Source of the DNA: the human T2T-CHM13v2.0 reference genome, Homo sapiens
Assembly: GCF_009914755.1 (NCBI RefSeq)
Contig: NC_060940.1
Reading direction: 5' to 3' (one strand)
Length of the DNA stretch: 64,000 nt
The notes below the pieces were generated by a model that saw only the letters and a program-made list of their open reading frames with translations, was not told the DNA's origin and made no database searches. The first letter of the stretch is position 1. The number at the start of each line of letters is the position of its first letter. The position numbers were made by a program, and so were the translations under genes. Below, in pieces: positions 24,116 to 41,009 of this stretch.

Positions 24116-25669
24116 TTAAATCAAGTATAATTCAAAAACTTTATGTGTAAGAGATATCATTAACCATTTCTCAAGGCCTCATTCTTTTGTAAGGGCCATA
24201 GGTTTCAATTATTTTTCACTGTTATTTTCATTTCAAGGATGATGTGAAAAATACATTTTTTCCTGTTTTCTCACTTTCTTGAAAGCCCCTGGTGGGGGCT
24301 GTGCACAGGCTCACTGAGACTTATTTCAGAAGAACCAGAACAGCCCCCCACCCACCATCTCCCCTGACTACCCCCACCCCTTGATGGAGAGACACATCTG
24401 ATTCCTCCAGTCATTATCATTTTAACGTACAAAATGACATTATGCCGAAAAGAAGGGGTTCATAAATTATATCTGATTTTAGAAAGTTTTCCAGCCATTG
24501 TATAAATGACAGATCTATAAAAGAAGAGTCAAAATGAATTTCAAATTAAAAAAATAATTCCATGTTTTTATGGCAAGGTGAAAAAAATTCTCGGAACAAA
24601 ATGTTTCTGTGGAGGGTGATTCAGAAGCCCGTGGAACTGAGGAAGCTTGACGGGAGGCAGGAGACTGAGAACTGGAGGGAACCTGGGGTCTGTCAGAGCT
24701 GGGAGGTGATCACCAAGCTGGCGTGCCTGGGAGCCAGAATGTAGTCCCAGAGGCCCGAGGAGGAGCAGCTTAATTATCTACTTCGAGGAGAGCAGACGTG
24801 GAGGCTGTGTTGAAAACCACTGTTCACAGGCATTTTGACAGGCCTGGAGGCCTAGACTCGGGTGATGGATGGAGTTCTGCCTTGAACTTCTCAACACATA
24901 TATTTCCACTGGAGGCCTGGATGTAACAGAGTAGAGTTGGACAATTTCCTCCTCTATTCACACAGAAATTTACATAAGGTCAGAAAGCCTTCCTGGGAAA
25001 AAATTTCCCCCAAACTGCTCCCACACATCATGGCAGTTCAGAGACATTGAAACCTGTCTGAAGGCCTGGGGTGGTGACCAGTGAGGCTGGATTGCAAACC
25101 AGGACAGGGGGCCCCGGAGAGAACAGGAAAGGGGTGAAAGAAGGTAGTCTTCACTCCATGCCTGAGGGCTGCAGAGAAGAGGCTGACACTGAAACTATAG
25201 CAAGCCAGAAACCTTTGTGAGGTCCTGTAACCTAACGGGGGATGGTAGATCTTGCAAAGGTAAGGGGGTTCTTTCTTGAAGCCTTGAGGCCTCTTCATTG
25301 CAGAAGCAAACCAATTATACCCATAATGCCAGAGAAGTCATGTGTAGGGAGCCGTCACTTAGTTTCTGGCCTCATCTGTGACTCAACACAGTGACTGAGG
25401 TCACCAAGTCCAGCAGGCAGGTTACTGTGGACCAGACATGGGGGCACAGTGGTTGTGGGGTTCAATTTGGAGGGGTTCAACAGGGCCATCATCCCCCTCA
25501 TGAGGCAGCATGGGGCCAGATTTCCAGGCACAAGGAAATGCCCCTAAGAGACATAGAAATACATAGGAGCAGTAACATAGACTGAAATCTCTGCTAAGAG
25601 AGTAGGGGGCAGTGGAGGGACAGGGTGGGACCTGAAACTAACATCGCAGACTTCAAAAATGGGTAACCC

Positions 25670-26698
25670 GGGGGGTGGTCCCAAGATGGCCAAATAGGAA
25701 CAGTTCCAGTCTACAGCTCCCAGCATGAGTGATGCAGAAGACAGGTGATTTCTGCATTTCCAACTGAGGTACTGGGTTCATCTCACTGGGGCTTGTCAGA
25801 CAGTGGGTGCAGGACAGTGGGTGCAGCCCATTGAGGATGAGCTGAAGCAGGGTGAGGCACTGCCTCACCCGGGAAGCGCAAGGGGTCAGGGAATTTCCTT
25901 TCCTAGCCAAGGGAAGCTGTGACAGACGGCAGCTGGAAAATTGGGTCACCCCCACCCTAATATTGCGCTTTTCCAACGGTCTTAGCAAATGGCACACCAG
26001 GAGATTATAACCCACACATGGCTCAGAGGGTCCCACACCCACGGAGCCTCACTTACTGCTAGCACAGCAGTCTGAGATTGAACTGCAAGGTGGCAGTGAG
26101 GCTGGGGGAGAGGTGCCCACCATTGCTGAGGCTTGAGTAGGTAAACAAAGCGGCTAGGAAGCTCGAACTGGGTGGAGCCCACCACAGCTCAGGGAGGCCT
26201 GCCTGCCTCTGTAGACTCCATCTCTGCAGGCAGGGCATAGCCGAACAAAAGGCAGTAGAAACTTCTGCAGACTTAAATGTCCCTGTCTGACAGCTTTGAA
26301 GAGAGTAGTGGTTCTCCCAGCATGGAGTTTGAGATCTGAGAACGGACAGACTGCCTCCTCAAGTGCGTCCCTGACCCCCGAGTAGCCCAGCTGGGAGGCC
26401 TCCCCCAGTAGGGGCAGACTGACACCTCAAACAGCTGGATACCCCTCTGAGATGAAGCTTCCAGAGGAATGATCAGGCAGCAACATTTGCTGTTCAGCAA
26501 TATTTGCTGTTCTGCAGCCTCCACTGCTGATACCCAGGCAAACAGGGTCTGGGGTGGACGTCTGGCAAACTCCAACACACCTGCAGCTGAGGGTCCTGAC
26601 TGTTAGAAGGAAAACTAACAAACAGAAAGGACATCCACAGCAAAATCCCATCTGTACGTCACCATCATCAAAGACCAAAGATAGATAAAACCACAAAG
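25670..26698. promoter_or_regulatory. L1 5'UTR (sense and antisense promoter), CpG-eroded
   Basis: Canonical L1PA 5'UTR; most CpGs have mutated to TpG/CpA. Confidence 0.8.
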
Positions 26699-27712
26699 AT
26701 GGGGAAAAAACAGAGCAGAAAAACTGAAAATTCTAAAAATCAGAGTGCCTCTCCCCCTCCAGAGGAATGCAGCTCCTCTCCAGCAATGGAACAAAGCTGG
26801 ATGGAGAATGACTTTCACGAATTGAGAGAAGAAGGCTTCAGATCAAACTTCTCCGAGCTAAAGGAGGATGTTCGAACCCATAGCAAAGAAGCTAAAAATC
26901 TTGAAAAAAGATTAGATGAATGGCTAACTGGAATAACCAGTGTAGAGAAGTCCTTAAATGACCTGATGGAGCTGAAAACCATGGCACGAGAACTATGTGA
27001 CAAATGCACAAGCTTCAGTAGCAAATTCCATCAACTGGAAGAAAGGGTATCAGTGACTGAAGATCAAATGAATGAAATGAAGTAAGAAGAGAAGTTTAGA
27101 GAAAAAAGAGTAAAAAGAAACGAACAAAGCCTCCAAGAAATATGGGACTATGTGAAAAGACCAAATCTATGTCTCATGGGTGTACCTGAAAGTGATGGGG
27201 AGAAAGGAACCAAGTTGGAAAACACTTTTCAGGATGTTATCCAGGAGAACTTCCCCAATCTAGCAAGGCAGGCCAACGTTCAAATTCAGGAAATACAGAG
27301 AACACCACAAAGGTACTCCTCGAGAAGAGTAATTCCAAGACAAATAATTGTCAGATTCACCAAAGTTGAAATGAAGGAAAAAATGTTAAGGGCAGCCAGA
27401 GAGAAAGGCTGGGTTACCCACAAAGGGAAGCCCATCAGACTAACAGCTGATCTCTCGGCAGAAACTCTACGAGCCAGAAGAGAGTGGGGGCCAATATTCA
27501 ACATTGGTAAAGAAAATAATTTTCAACCCAGAATTTCATATCCAGCCAAACTAAGCTTCATAAGTGAAGGAGAAATAAAATCCTTTACAGACAAGCAAAT
27601 GCTGAGAGATTTTGTCACCATCAGGCCTGCCCTACAAAGGCTCCTGAAGGAAGCACTAAACATGGAAAGGAACAACCAGCACCAGCCACTGCAAAAACAT
27701 GCCACATTGTAA
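26699..27712 (+). pseudogene. L1 ORF1p pseudogene (single in-frame nonsense)
   Basis: MGKKQSRK...QKHATL*. Premature TAA at 27083-27085; the downstream part stays in the same frame. Confidence 0.93.
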
Positions 27713-27775
27713 AGACCATCGATGCTAGGAAGAAATTGCATCAACTAATGAGCAAAATAACCAGCTAACATCATA

Positions 27776-31599
<3,824 letters not shown>

Positions 31600-32718
31600 A
31601 CAATGAGAACACATGGACACAGGAAGGGGAACATCACACACAGGGGCCTGTCATGGGGTTGGTGGAGAGGGGAGGGATAGCATTAGGAGATATACCGAAT
31701 GTAAATGATGAGTTAATGGGTGCAGCACACCAACATGGCACATGTATACATATGTAACAAACCTGCACATTGTGCACATGTACCCTAGAACTTAAAGTAT
31801 AATAATTTAAAAAAAGCAAATAAAAAAATGGGTAACCCCATCGTTTTCCACAAACTGATTAAGTTTGGATGCCATCTACCCAGTTTTCTTCTCTAATCCA
31901 TTATATCTCTTTATTCTTTCAACAAACATTAAACCCAATTCTGTGATAGGAACAGAAAGCACAGAGAAAAACTGAGGTAAGTGTCCACCTCTCCTGGGTA
32001 GAATGGTCCCGATATTCTGGCACAAGCTCATGGGTTGTCACACTCTCCCATCCTCAGCCTCTGTCACTTCTCCACACCTGTATCCCACCCCAGCCGGAGG
32101 CTTGGACTGTCATGCCAGCACCTCCCTCCTGGCTTGCAGATCCTTCAAGCCAGTGGTTCTGCACACCTGATGGCTGTCCTCTGCCTACAGGTGTCTTCCT
32201 TAAACATTTTCCCAATGATTAAAAGGTCATTAGTGAGGTGCTGTGGAAGGAAGGCTACAGAAGCAAAATACATTTAGACAATGCAGTATCCTTTATCCTC
32301 TTCTTGGAGACTCTTAAGAAACACTGAAAAACATAAGACTCCTGGATGTTCTGGGGTGATGAAGTCTATTTAACTTTGTTTCACCAAACACTCTCCAAGC
32401 TTAGGTGGCCACAGGGCGATTGGTCCCACGACACTTAATATCGTTCACTCTTCTTTTCCCATCACCATCTCCATTTTCTTTTCCTGTTTTGTCTTTCTCC
32501 TTGGAACTTAGCACTTTCTCAAATTCAGTTTGTCACATGTGTATATTGAATATTCTGTTTCTGTCCTCCCCACATTCCTATTGGAATTCAAGCTTTATGG
32601 AGTTAAGGATGAACACACACACACGCACGCACTAACAGGCACGTGCACGCATGCACAGGCACACGCACCTAGAATAGTGCCTGTAACATGGTGAATCCTC
32701 AACTCACTACATATTTGT

Positions 32719-33162
32719 TGTAGTGAGTTGTAGCATGCTTAGGCCAGCATGCCTCTCTCAGTCCATGTTAGACAATATCGGGATCAAGCAGAAATCACTT
32801 AGCTGCTAGCTCCAGGAAATACCTGCTCTTGTGAATCAACCAAAACACTTACTTTTTATCAGTTTTGATGACTGACTTCTTGCTCATCAAAGTTTGCTTC
32901 AGGACCCTTGCCTCACTCTGTCTGCTAATTCGAAACCACTTGTTAGAAATTCTGTCCTGTGCCAATAGCTCTCCTACCTTGTAAGACCCCCCCTTAAAAT
33001 CACTCACCCTGGCCCTAAAGCCCCATCAGTGCCTTCCTTAATTGTCCCCATATTGAGATTCTATCAAGGTGGTGTTCTGCGTCACCGCAGCTGGTCTGAT
33101 CAACTTAGCTGTGCTCAGTCCACAGGTTTTCTGACGGTCCTTGGCAAGGCCAGTGATTGACA
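32719..33162 (+). mobile_element. Old solo LTR (LTR37-like, family uncertain) inside an L2 tail
   Basis: About 440 bp running TG...CA; 3' caaggtggtgttct...aacttagct...acaggttttctg...ttgaca. Confidence 0.55.
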
Positions 33163-33565
33163 ATTCAATTATTGTAGTATGAATGAATCCTGTTGACTGC
33201 TAATCCAAAGAATCAACTTTGGCAAACAGGTGTTTTAACAGGCCAGGAGCAAGCTTCTCAGCCTGCAGTTCAAGGTCTTTGGGTCACATTTCTCACCATA
33301 TGCTGTACCCTGGCTATTTCAGATACTCTTACACCTTAGCTTGCATTCTTCTGTCAACCGCTCACAGGAGTGGTTCACTGGCTTGTTGATGAGCCTCCCT
33401 AATCTCTCACAATTTCAGGGACTACATTTAGGGCATGCAAATCTACTGAAAAATCTTTGGGTCCAAGTAGACACTTTTTGATTAACTTATATAAGAGCAG
33501 GATCTTGCTTTTCTCACTGGTCACATAGGTATTAGAATTCCTCCTCTGCCCTTCTTGAAGCATTT

Positions 33566-34017
33566 GTATTATAATTTAAAGCCTGCTAGAGCTGCCTTAA
33601 ATGACTACAAACTTGCTGGCTTAAAACAATAGAAATGTATCATCTCACTGTTTTGGAGGCCAGAAGTCCAAAGTCAAGGCATTAGCAGGGCCACACTCCC
33701 TCTGAAGGCTCTAGAGGAGAACATTCCTTTGTCTTTTTTAGCCCCTGGTGGCGGCTCCAGGCATCCCTTGGCTTGTGGGTGACATCCTGGCTGCCTAACT
33801 CCAGTTACTGCTTTGATCTTTACGTAGCCTGTGTCTCTCCTTTGTGTGTCGCTCATAAGGACACTTGTCATTGGATTTAAGGCCCATTTAGATAATCCAA
33901 AGATCTCAAGGTCTTTAACATTATTACATCTGCAGAGATTTCTTTATTCCAAATAAGGTCACGTTCATAGGTTCTGGGAAATAAGAGATTTCCGGGGCCA
34001 CCATTCAAACCACCTCA
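33566..34017 (-). mobile_element. MLT1C-like solo LTR
   Basis: ggcttaaaacaatagaaat...ggaggccagaagtcc...ctgaaggctctagaggaga...ttccaaataaggtcac. Confidence 0.85.
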
Positions 34018-34566
34018 GGGTTGTCAGAATGAAACCCAGTCATTCATGAAACATTGCTCTAGAAAGAAATAAAATGTGTTATTTTTACTGTCATTTTATT
34101 GTCAGAGGCAAGGGAGCATCACTGTTTCCAGAGCAAAGATACTGAACCCCTATTATAGAATACTCTGCCTTCCATGTAATATCTCACGTGAAAGAACTTG
34201 GAATTGTTTTTCTCTTACTTTGGATTTCCACCTGTAGAATTCACTTATTCAGAGCTTGCAACCACTTTCAGAATAAAGTACTCAAGGTCTCCTTAAATCA
34301 GGTAGACCATATCTTTGCAACCTCCTCTTCCATCCCACCTGCCAAGCCAGCTGCGACTCCTCCCCATGCAGTGAGCATGCCTTGATTCTAGGGTTTTTGC
34401 TCAAACCTTTCCCTGCCCGTCTCCACCTACAGGACCCCAGAAATAATCATCCTCCAATGTTCTCCTCATCCCCCAATCTCTGCTTCCTAATCCCATTGTG
34501 AGATTTAGTTGTCTTCTCTAAAATGTCTGTGATACTTTTCTACTTCTCTTTATTACCAACTATACC

Positions 34567-34962
34567 TGTATTAGTTAGCCAGGGCTGCCAAAACAAAGTA
34601 TCACAGACTGGGTGGCTTAAAAAACAGGAGTCTATTTCCTCAAAGTTCTGGAGGCTGGAAGTCCAACATCAAAGTGATGGCCAAGTTGATTTCATTCTGA
34701 GGCCTTTCTCCTTGTAGATGACTTGTAGATGGCCGACTCTCCCTGTATCTTCACGTGGTCTACCCTCTGTACATGTCTGCGTGCTAATCGCCTCTTCTTA
34801 CAAGGACACCAGTTATATTGCATTAGGGCACACTGATGTGACTTCTTTTTACTTTAATTATATTTTGAAAAGCCCTGTCTCCAAATGCAGCACATTCTGA
34901 GGTACTGGGGGGCTAGAACTTCAACATGTGAATTTACACGGGGCATGGTTCAGCCCATAGCA
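34567..34962 (-). mobile_element. MLT1B/A-like solo LTR
   Basis: tgtattagt...ttcagcccatagca with a perfect 5-bp TSD atacc at 34562-34566 / 34963-34967. Confidence 0.9.
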
Positions 34963-35199
34963 ATACCCTAGTTATTTTCCATATGTCAGTCTTCTTTACC
35001 AGATTGGGAGCGGCGTCAAAAAGACCCTCATCTCATCTTTTCCTTCTCCTCTGTCTCCATGTTGATTTGTTTTCTTCTCTTTTGTCACCTCTGCCATCTC
35101 CTCTTCTTCCTCCTTCTTTCTCTTCCCCTCTCCCTCTTTCTTCTCACTCCCTTACTCCTCCATATTTTTCCTCTACTCCTTCTTAATTTTTAATTTGTA

Positions 35200-35524
35200 T
35201 TTGTTTTTATTTTTACTTTATTTATTTATTTATTTATTTATTTAGAGATGGAGTCTCGCTCTGTCGCCCAGGCTGGAGTGCAGTGGCTCGATCTTGTCTC
35301 ACTGCAACCTCCGCCTCCAGGTTCAAGCGATTCTCCTTCCTCAGCCTCCCGAGTAGCTGGGATTATAGAAGCATGCCACCATGCCCAGCTAATTTTTGTA
35401 TTTTTAGTAGAGACAGGGTTTCACCATGTTGGTCAGGCTGGCCTTGAACTCCTGACCTCGTGATCTGCCTACCTTGGCCTCCCAAAGTCCTGGGATAACA
35501 GGCGTGAGCCATCGTGCGCTGGCC
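35200..35524 (-). mobile_element. AluS-type SINE inserted in the tail of the adjacent AluJ
   Basis: (ttta)n tail, full dimer, abutting the AluJ tail. Confidence 0.93.
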
Positions 35525-35822
35525 TTTATTTTTATTTTTTAGAGATAGTCTCACTCTGTCACCCAGGCTGGAGTACAGTGGTGTGATCTCAGCTCACTGT
35601 GCAGCCTCAAACTCCCAGGCTCAAGTGATTCTCCTGCCTCAGCCTCCCAAGCAGCTGGGACTACAGGTGCATGCCACCACGTCTGGCTAATTTTTTTGGT
35701 TTTTAGTAGAGGCAGGGTCTTACTATGTTGCCCAAGCTGATCTTGCACTCCTGGGCTCAAGCAATCCTTCCACCTAGGCCTTCCAGTCCTGGGATTACAG
35801 GCATGGGCCACTGTGCCCAGCC
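35525..35822 (-). mobile_element. AluJ-type SINE
   Basis: J motifs (cagcctcaaactcccaggctcaag, ctcctgggctcaagcaatcct). Confidence 0.92.
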
Positions 35823-37639
35823 TCTGCTCCTTTTTTGTAATAAGTACTGCTTTCCACCTGTGAGATATTTAATTATATTATTTCATTTAGCACCAACAAC
35901 AACTTTAAAAAGACAGTGGCATGATTACCATTTAACATGAGTGTGTGAATCCATGGAGCAGCTTTTTAATCTATATGTCGGGTGACAAGGCCAAAGTTGA
36001 AATCCCAACTTGTTGGGTGCCAGAGCTTCTACTCTTCCCAAAACAGCCTCCTAGGATCCCTCAAATCTCTGATTCAATACCTTGCACACAGTGGGTATTA
36101 TGCAAATATGTGTGAATGAATCAACAGAAGTTGAATAATCAGGGCCATTTAAAATATTTTAAAAATAGCAAAGGAGGGTAAGAAAATCAAATCATTTGAG
36201 CACAAGCTATTTGTGCATCTGACAATTGCAGCAAAAGCATCTAAACAGCAATGTTTGTTAGTGGTCTGTGGGTTAATTAGTAGGTGCATGCTTGCTTCTG
36301 TGGAAATAAGACCTCATTATCCCATCTTTTTTATTTCAAGTCTGACATTTATGAAAGGTGAACAGATAACTTATCTGTAAGAGCAGCCAGCCACTGCAGG
36401 GCTCCTGCCTTGACAAAAATACTTCTCCTAGTATTTGTTTTCCTGAGAGTCTACACTCGTGGCTCTTTTGGCAAGACTCTTGAAACCTGGGACTGCAGAT
36501 GGGAAGCAGTGATCTGGCAACTCCATCAAAGCCACAGAAGGAAAGAGGGGAGGATCCCTCTCTTGCTGGTGACCTTTCTGATTCTGTCCCATGAGGCTGC
36601 TTTCCCTCTCTGAGACCCTTGACTGGCCAAGGAACACTGCTGGGAATTCTGGTGGCCAGCCTCTGTGTGCATGTCTGAATTTAGGAAGGGGTCAAGTTCA
36701 GAGATCTTTGGGGCTCAAAGAGGGGGCAGATCAGATCATGGGTGGTGCTCACAGCTTGCTTTCTGGCTAGACCACACCAGTACTTTCTCAGAAAAGTCTT
36801 CAGCTATTCTCCCCCAAAAATGGAAGCTTCCCCTTTTTTTTCTGAGCACCTAGGTAACCCTTTCCAATGAATAACTTTTAGTAGCTAACCATCATGGTAA
36901 AAATAACTCATATTTATTGAGTACTATCAATGCCCAGCGCTGTTCTGAAGTCCATGAGTCCCCACAGTAGTGCCATGAAGTAAATATTAATTTAATTATG
37001 CTGATGATAAAGCGATAGCTGACTCTTGATGTGGCAGTACTTCCTCACGTGAGTACAGATGTCAGAACTCATTGAACTGTACAACTTAAATGGGGCTAGT
37101 TTTTTTGCACATAAATTACACTTAAATAACGTTGATTTAAAAATTATACAAACATTTGTACAGTGCTTGCTGCATGGCTAAGCATGATCCTAACTGTTTT
37201 ATGCAGTATCCCACTGAATCATAACAGCACTGTAAGGTCACGTCATCCACTTATGAGGTTAGTGTAATCCCAATTCCACCCAACTTTAAATATCAAGGAA
37301 AGAACAACCCCCATACTAACAATATTTTACATTTACAAAACACTTTGCAGTTTCCCAACAACTTCCTGTGGCTTGCTTGTAAACTCCCCTCAGTTTCTTT
37401 GAAAGTTCTAGAGTAATCATTCCCTATACCGCTTGCTCCTCTGGCAATGAATCACGTGCGATTTTTGACATACTCCCACTTTTTAAGTTTTTGTAAAACC
37501 TGCTGTTTCTGTTCAACTTCTGCCTCCTTAGCTCTTCCCTTCACATAGTCTGTAACTATGCTTAAGGCGGAGGTCTGGAAAAAGGAAACAAAGAATGAGC
37601 TTGAAATTAGCCTCAGGAGGATAAAGTTCCAGGTTTAGA

Positions 37640-37958
37640 TTTGGCCAAGTCATTTTAACCTCACCACACCTTGATTATTCTCAACTGTGCAATGGGGTAA
37701 TAGTATCTACCATACCTTTATTGTGGGTGCCTGCTATATTGATAAGATTAGTATGGTCTTTTAAAGTGTATCTAGACTCTGGAAGCGAGATGCGCATGTT
37801 CATATCTCAGTCATACCACTTACCTATGTGACTTAGGGATTCCTCAGTTTTCTCATCTATAAGATGGGGATATTAAAAATACTGACGTCACAGGGTTGAT
37901 GTGAGGATCAAATGAGTTGATACATGCAAAATTCCCAGAACAGTGCCTAGAACATGGC
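37640..37958 (+). repeat. Donor segment (two MIR fragments plus spacer) duplicated at 40268-40585
   Basis: Alignment tttggccaagtc...aacatggc. MIR homology continues past the right boundary only at this copy. Confidence 0.97.
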
Positions 37959-38238
37959 AATTACTACATAAGTGAATTACTGTTATTGTTATTGTTACTC
38001 AATCTAGGCTAAAACTATATTTTGTAAGCCGGGCAAAAATTGATACCTTTACTTTGCTGATGTGGAAGCCAAAGTTTAGTAGGTTATGAGACTGATCAAT
38101 ATCCAGTTAGTTAGAAGGTAGCAGAGCTCAGCTCACACACTGTTGGGAGGATGAACGCTGGGACGTGACAATGCTATGTCAAGTGTGCAATGTTCTGCAA
38201 TGTGGTGGCATGAAAGGGTGCTGTGGCTTCTGCTCCTC

Positions 38239-38245
<7 letters not shown>

Positions 38246-38271
<26 letters not shown>

Positions 38272-38551
38272 GAGACAGAGTCTCGCTGTCGCCCAGGCTG
38301 GAGTGCAGTGGCGCAATCTCGGCTCACTGCAGGCTCCGCCCCCTGGGGTTCACGCCATTCTCCTGCCTCAGCCTCCCAAGTAGCTGGGACTACAGGCGCC
38401 CGCCACCTCGCCCGGCTAATTTTTTGTATTTTTAGTAGAGACGGGGTTTCACCGTGTTAGCCAGGATGGTCTTGATCTCCTGACCTCGTGATCCGCCCGC
38501 CTCGGCCTCCCAAAGTGCTGGGATTACAGGCGTGAGCCACCGCGCCCGGCC
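38246..38551 (-). mobile_element. Young AluY, AluYe5-like
   Basis: In sense it reads ggcgAggtggc, gaacccCagggggcggagcCtgc, gacagcgagac. Pure 28-T tail, mostly intact CpGs, TSD tcctcttctctt at 38234-38245 / 38552-38563. Confidence 0.92.
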
Positions 38552-38629
38552 TCCTCTTCTCTTAACACAGTTCCTGGCACCCAGCACATGGCTACTGATA
38601 AAATAAAGGCAGTCCGTGAATGGCTCACC

Positions 38630-38850
38630 ACCTGCTAAGCTGTGTGTTAAGGCATTACATATGTTTTCATGTTTAATTCTTGTCATGACTCTGGGAGTTA
38701 AGATTATCTTCCTCATTTACAGATGAAGAAACCAAAGTTCAGAGCAGTTGAGAGAATTTGTCTTCATTACTCAGATAACAAATGACAGAGTTGGAATTCG
38801 AACACATGACGCTCTAACTCCCAGGCCCAGGCTAGTAAACACTAGACTAG
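38630..38850 (-). mobile_element. MIR SINE
   Basis: attatcttcctcatttacagatgaagaaacc...ggaattcgaacac. Confidence 0.75.
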
Positions 38851-39324
38851 TTTCCTTGGATTTGACTGTGAGGCAGAGGGTCAGGGGAGGCGTTGGGTAT
38901 GGGAGGAGGTGGTTTCCAGATGCCCTTTAGGTGCTTGGATTCAGCTGTCAGACTCATGTCTGTCTTCCTGCTCCCAAGATGGCTTGTGACATCTGGAAGG
39001 GCACAAGCCCAGGAGTGGGTCACCTAAACCAGAGACACGTTGTGGGTGGCTTCCCAATGCCCCTGGGAGCCCTGGTGAATGAAGTCCCAACGTTCTGTAA
39101 GTTGGATTTTAATGCTTACCTTCTGTGAAGGTCTTAGCTTCCAGGGAGAGAAGGAAAAAGCAGGAGAATATCTGAACTGGGCATCCTCATCCCCATTCTC
39201 AGTACTCAGCCTTTGCCCCATTGTGCCTTCTGCTGCATGCACCGCCTGCTTTCTTCCTGCCTCGGCCTACCTGGCTTCCTCGACCCCCACACTCTGCCTT
39301 CCCCATTCATTTGTCTAAAAAAAC

Positions 39325-39606
39325 CCTGGCCAAGGGCTCCTTAAAGGAGTGGTTGATTTCAGCACTGGGGCAGGGAAAATCCGAGATGAGCCAGGAGCAT
39401 CTTGTCATGCCAGAAAGCAAGAAAGTTCTCAAAATATGATAGAGGCCTTTCCAAAGAACGCAAAAGCCAATGTGAAGAAACTCTAAATAGGCAGAGCTGG
39501 AACAATCTGAGTCACAAAATAAATAAAGATAGTAACCCACAGATTATAACCCATAGAATAAAATAAATATCCACAAACCCATACTGGTATAAAAAAATAA
39601 TTGAAT
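39325..39606 (+). mobile_element. L1MC/MD 3'UTR fragment
   Basis: ggggcagggaaa...gatgagccaggagcatcttgtcatgccagaaag...agctggaacaat...attataacccatagaataaaataaatatccac. Confidence 0.75.
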
Positions 39607-40267
39607 CAGTTCAACTGGCATTCCTGCCTTTACATCGTTTGTACATGCTGTGCCCCCTGCCTGGAACGTCCTCCCTCTGCACCTAGTGAGCTTCTCTTTA
39701 TCTTTTAGGACCAAAGAGAAGGATTTCCTGCTCTGTAAAGTCTTCCTTGATGTCTTGAGCATAGCTGGTCTCCTCTTCCTGTTCCATGCCTCCTATATTT
39801 TGTGTATATTTCTATCCGGGCCCTCCCCACACTATTCCTCCACAACCTACGAATGTCTGGAGAACAGGTACCATAGCTTAGTCATCTGGGCATCCCCTGC
39901 GTGTGGCACAAGGCCTAAAGCACAGATGCTTTCGAGAACTTGAACTTGCTGAAGTAGGTTTGTCTTTCTCAGTTACGGGTTCCATCATCCATCTAAGTGC
40001 TCCCACCAATAACCCGGGAGTCAACCTTCCCTCCTCTCTTGTCTATCTGCCCTAGTCCAATCAGTCTGGGCCAGCTCTGTCCACTCTTCTCCAAAAGAAT
40101 GATTGATCCAGGCTTTCTATGCCATCTGCCACACACGCATGCCCAAGCTGTCATCAGCTTTCCCTTACAACATGTTCTTACCTGGGCTTTGCAGCCTGCT
40201 TCCAGTTGATTCTGCTTAGGGCATAGCCAGAGTGCTGTTTGTAAGTAAATCATTCGATGCAATGCTC

Positions 40268-40585
40268 TTTGGCCAAGTCATTTTAACCTCACCACACCTT
40301 GATTATTCTCAACTGTGCAATGGGGTATAGTATCTACCATACCTTTATTGTGGGTGCCTGCTATATTGATAAGATTAGTATGATCTTTTAAAGTGTATCT
40401 AGACTCTGGAAGTGAGATGTCCAGGTTCATATCTTAGTCATACCACTTACCTATGTGACTTAGGGATGCCTCAGTTTTCTCATCTATAAGATGGGGATAT
40501 TAAAAGTACTGACATCACAAGGTTGATGTGAGGATCAAATGAGTTGATACATGCAAAATTCCCAGAACAGTGCCTAAAACATGGC
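40268..40585 (+). repeat. Dispersed duplicate (about 96% identity) of 37640-37958
   Basis: 11 substitutions and 1 indel over 318 bp by hand alignment. Confidence 0.97.
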
Positions 40586-40912
40586 TTTCAAGGCTTCCCT
40601 GGGTCCCTCTGATAAAGCACAAATTCCTCCATGGGCTTTGCAAGGTCTTCCTTACACTCCCTGAAGTCACATCTCTTTATTTTCTCTGCTTTTTCCAGTT
40701 CCTCCAGTTCCCAGGCCTTTGTACACACAGAATCTCTGCTTGTACACATGACCTCCCTTTCCCCTCTCCTCCATGTCCTTGGTTTGTCTACCAATCTGCC
40801 TGGTTTCCATGAATGCTGCTTTCTATGATGCGTCCCCTCTGACATCTGAGACTGGATCAGGTCTCTAGTTGGAAGCATTTATAGTATATTTTCCTTTTAT
40901 CACATTTGCAAT

Positions 40913-41009
40913 TAAGGTGACCAACCATCCTGGTTTGCCAGGACTGGGGAGCGCTTAAGTGCTAAAACTGGATAAGTCCCAGTCAAATTGAGGCAAGTAG
41001 GTCACTCTA
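40913..41009. mobile_element. MER81-like hAT MITE
   Basis: TIRs taaggtgacc / ggtcactcta; degenerate 8-bp TSD tttgcaat / cttgtaat. Confidence 0.8.
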
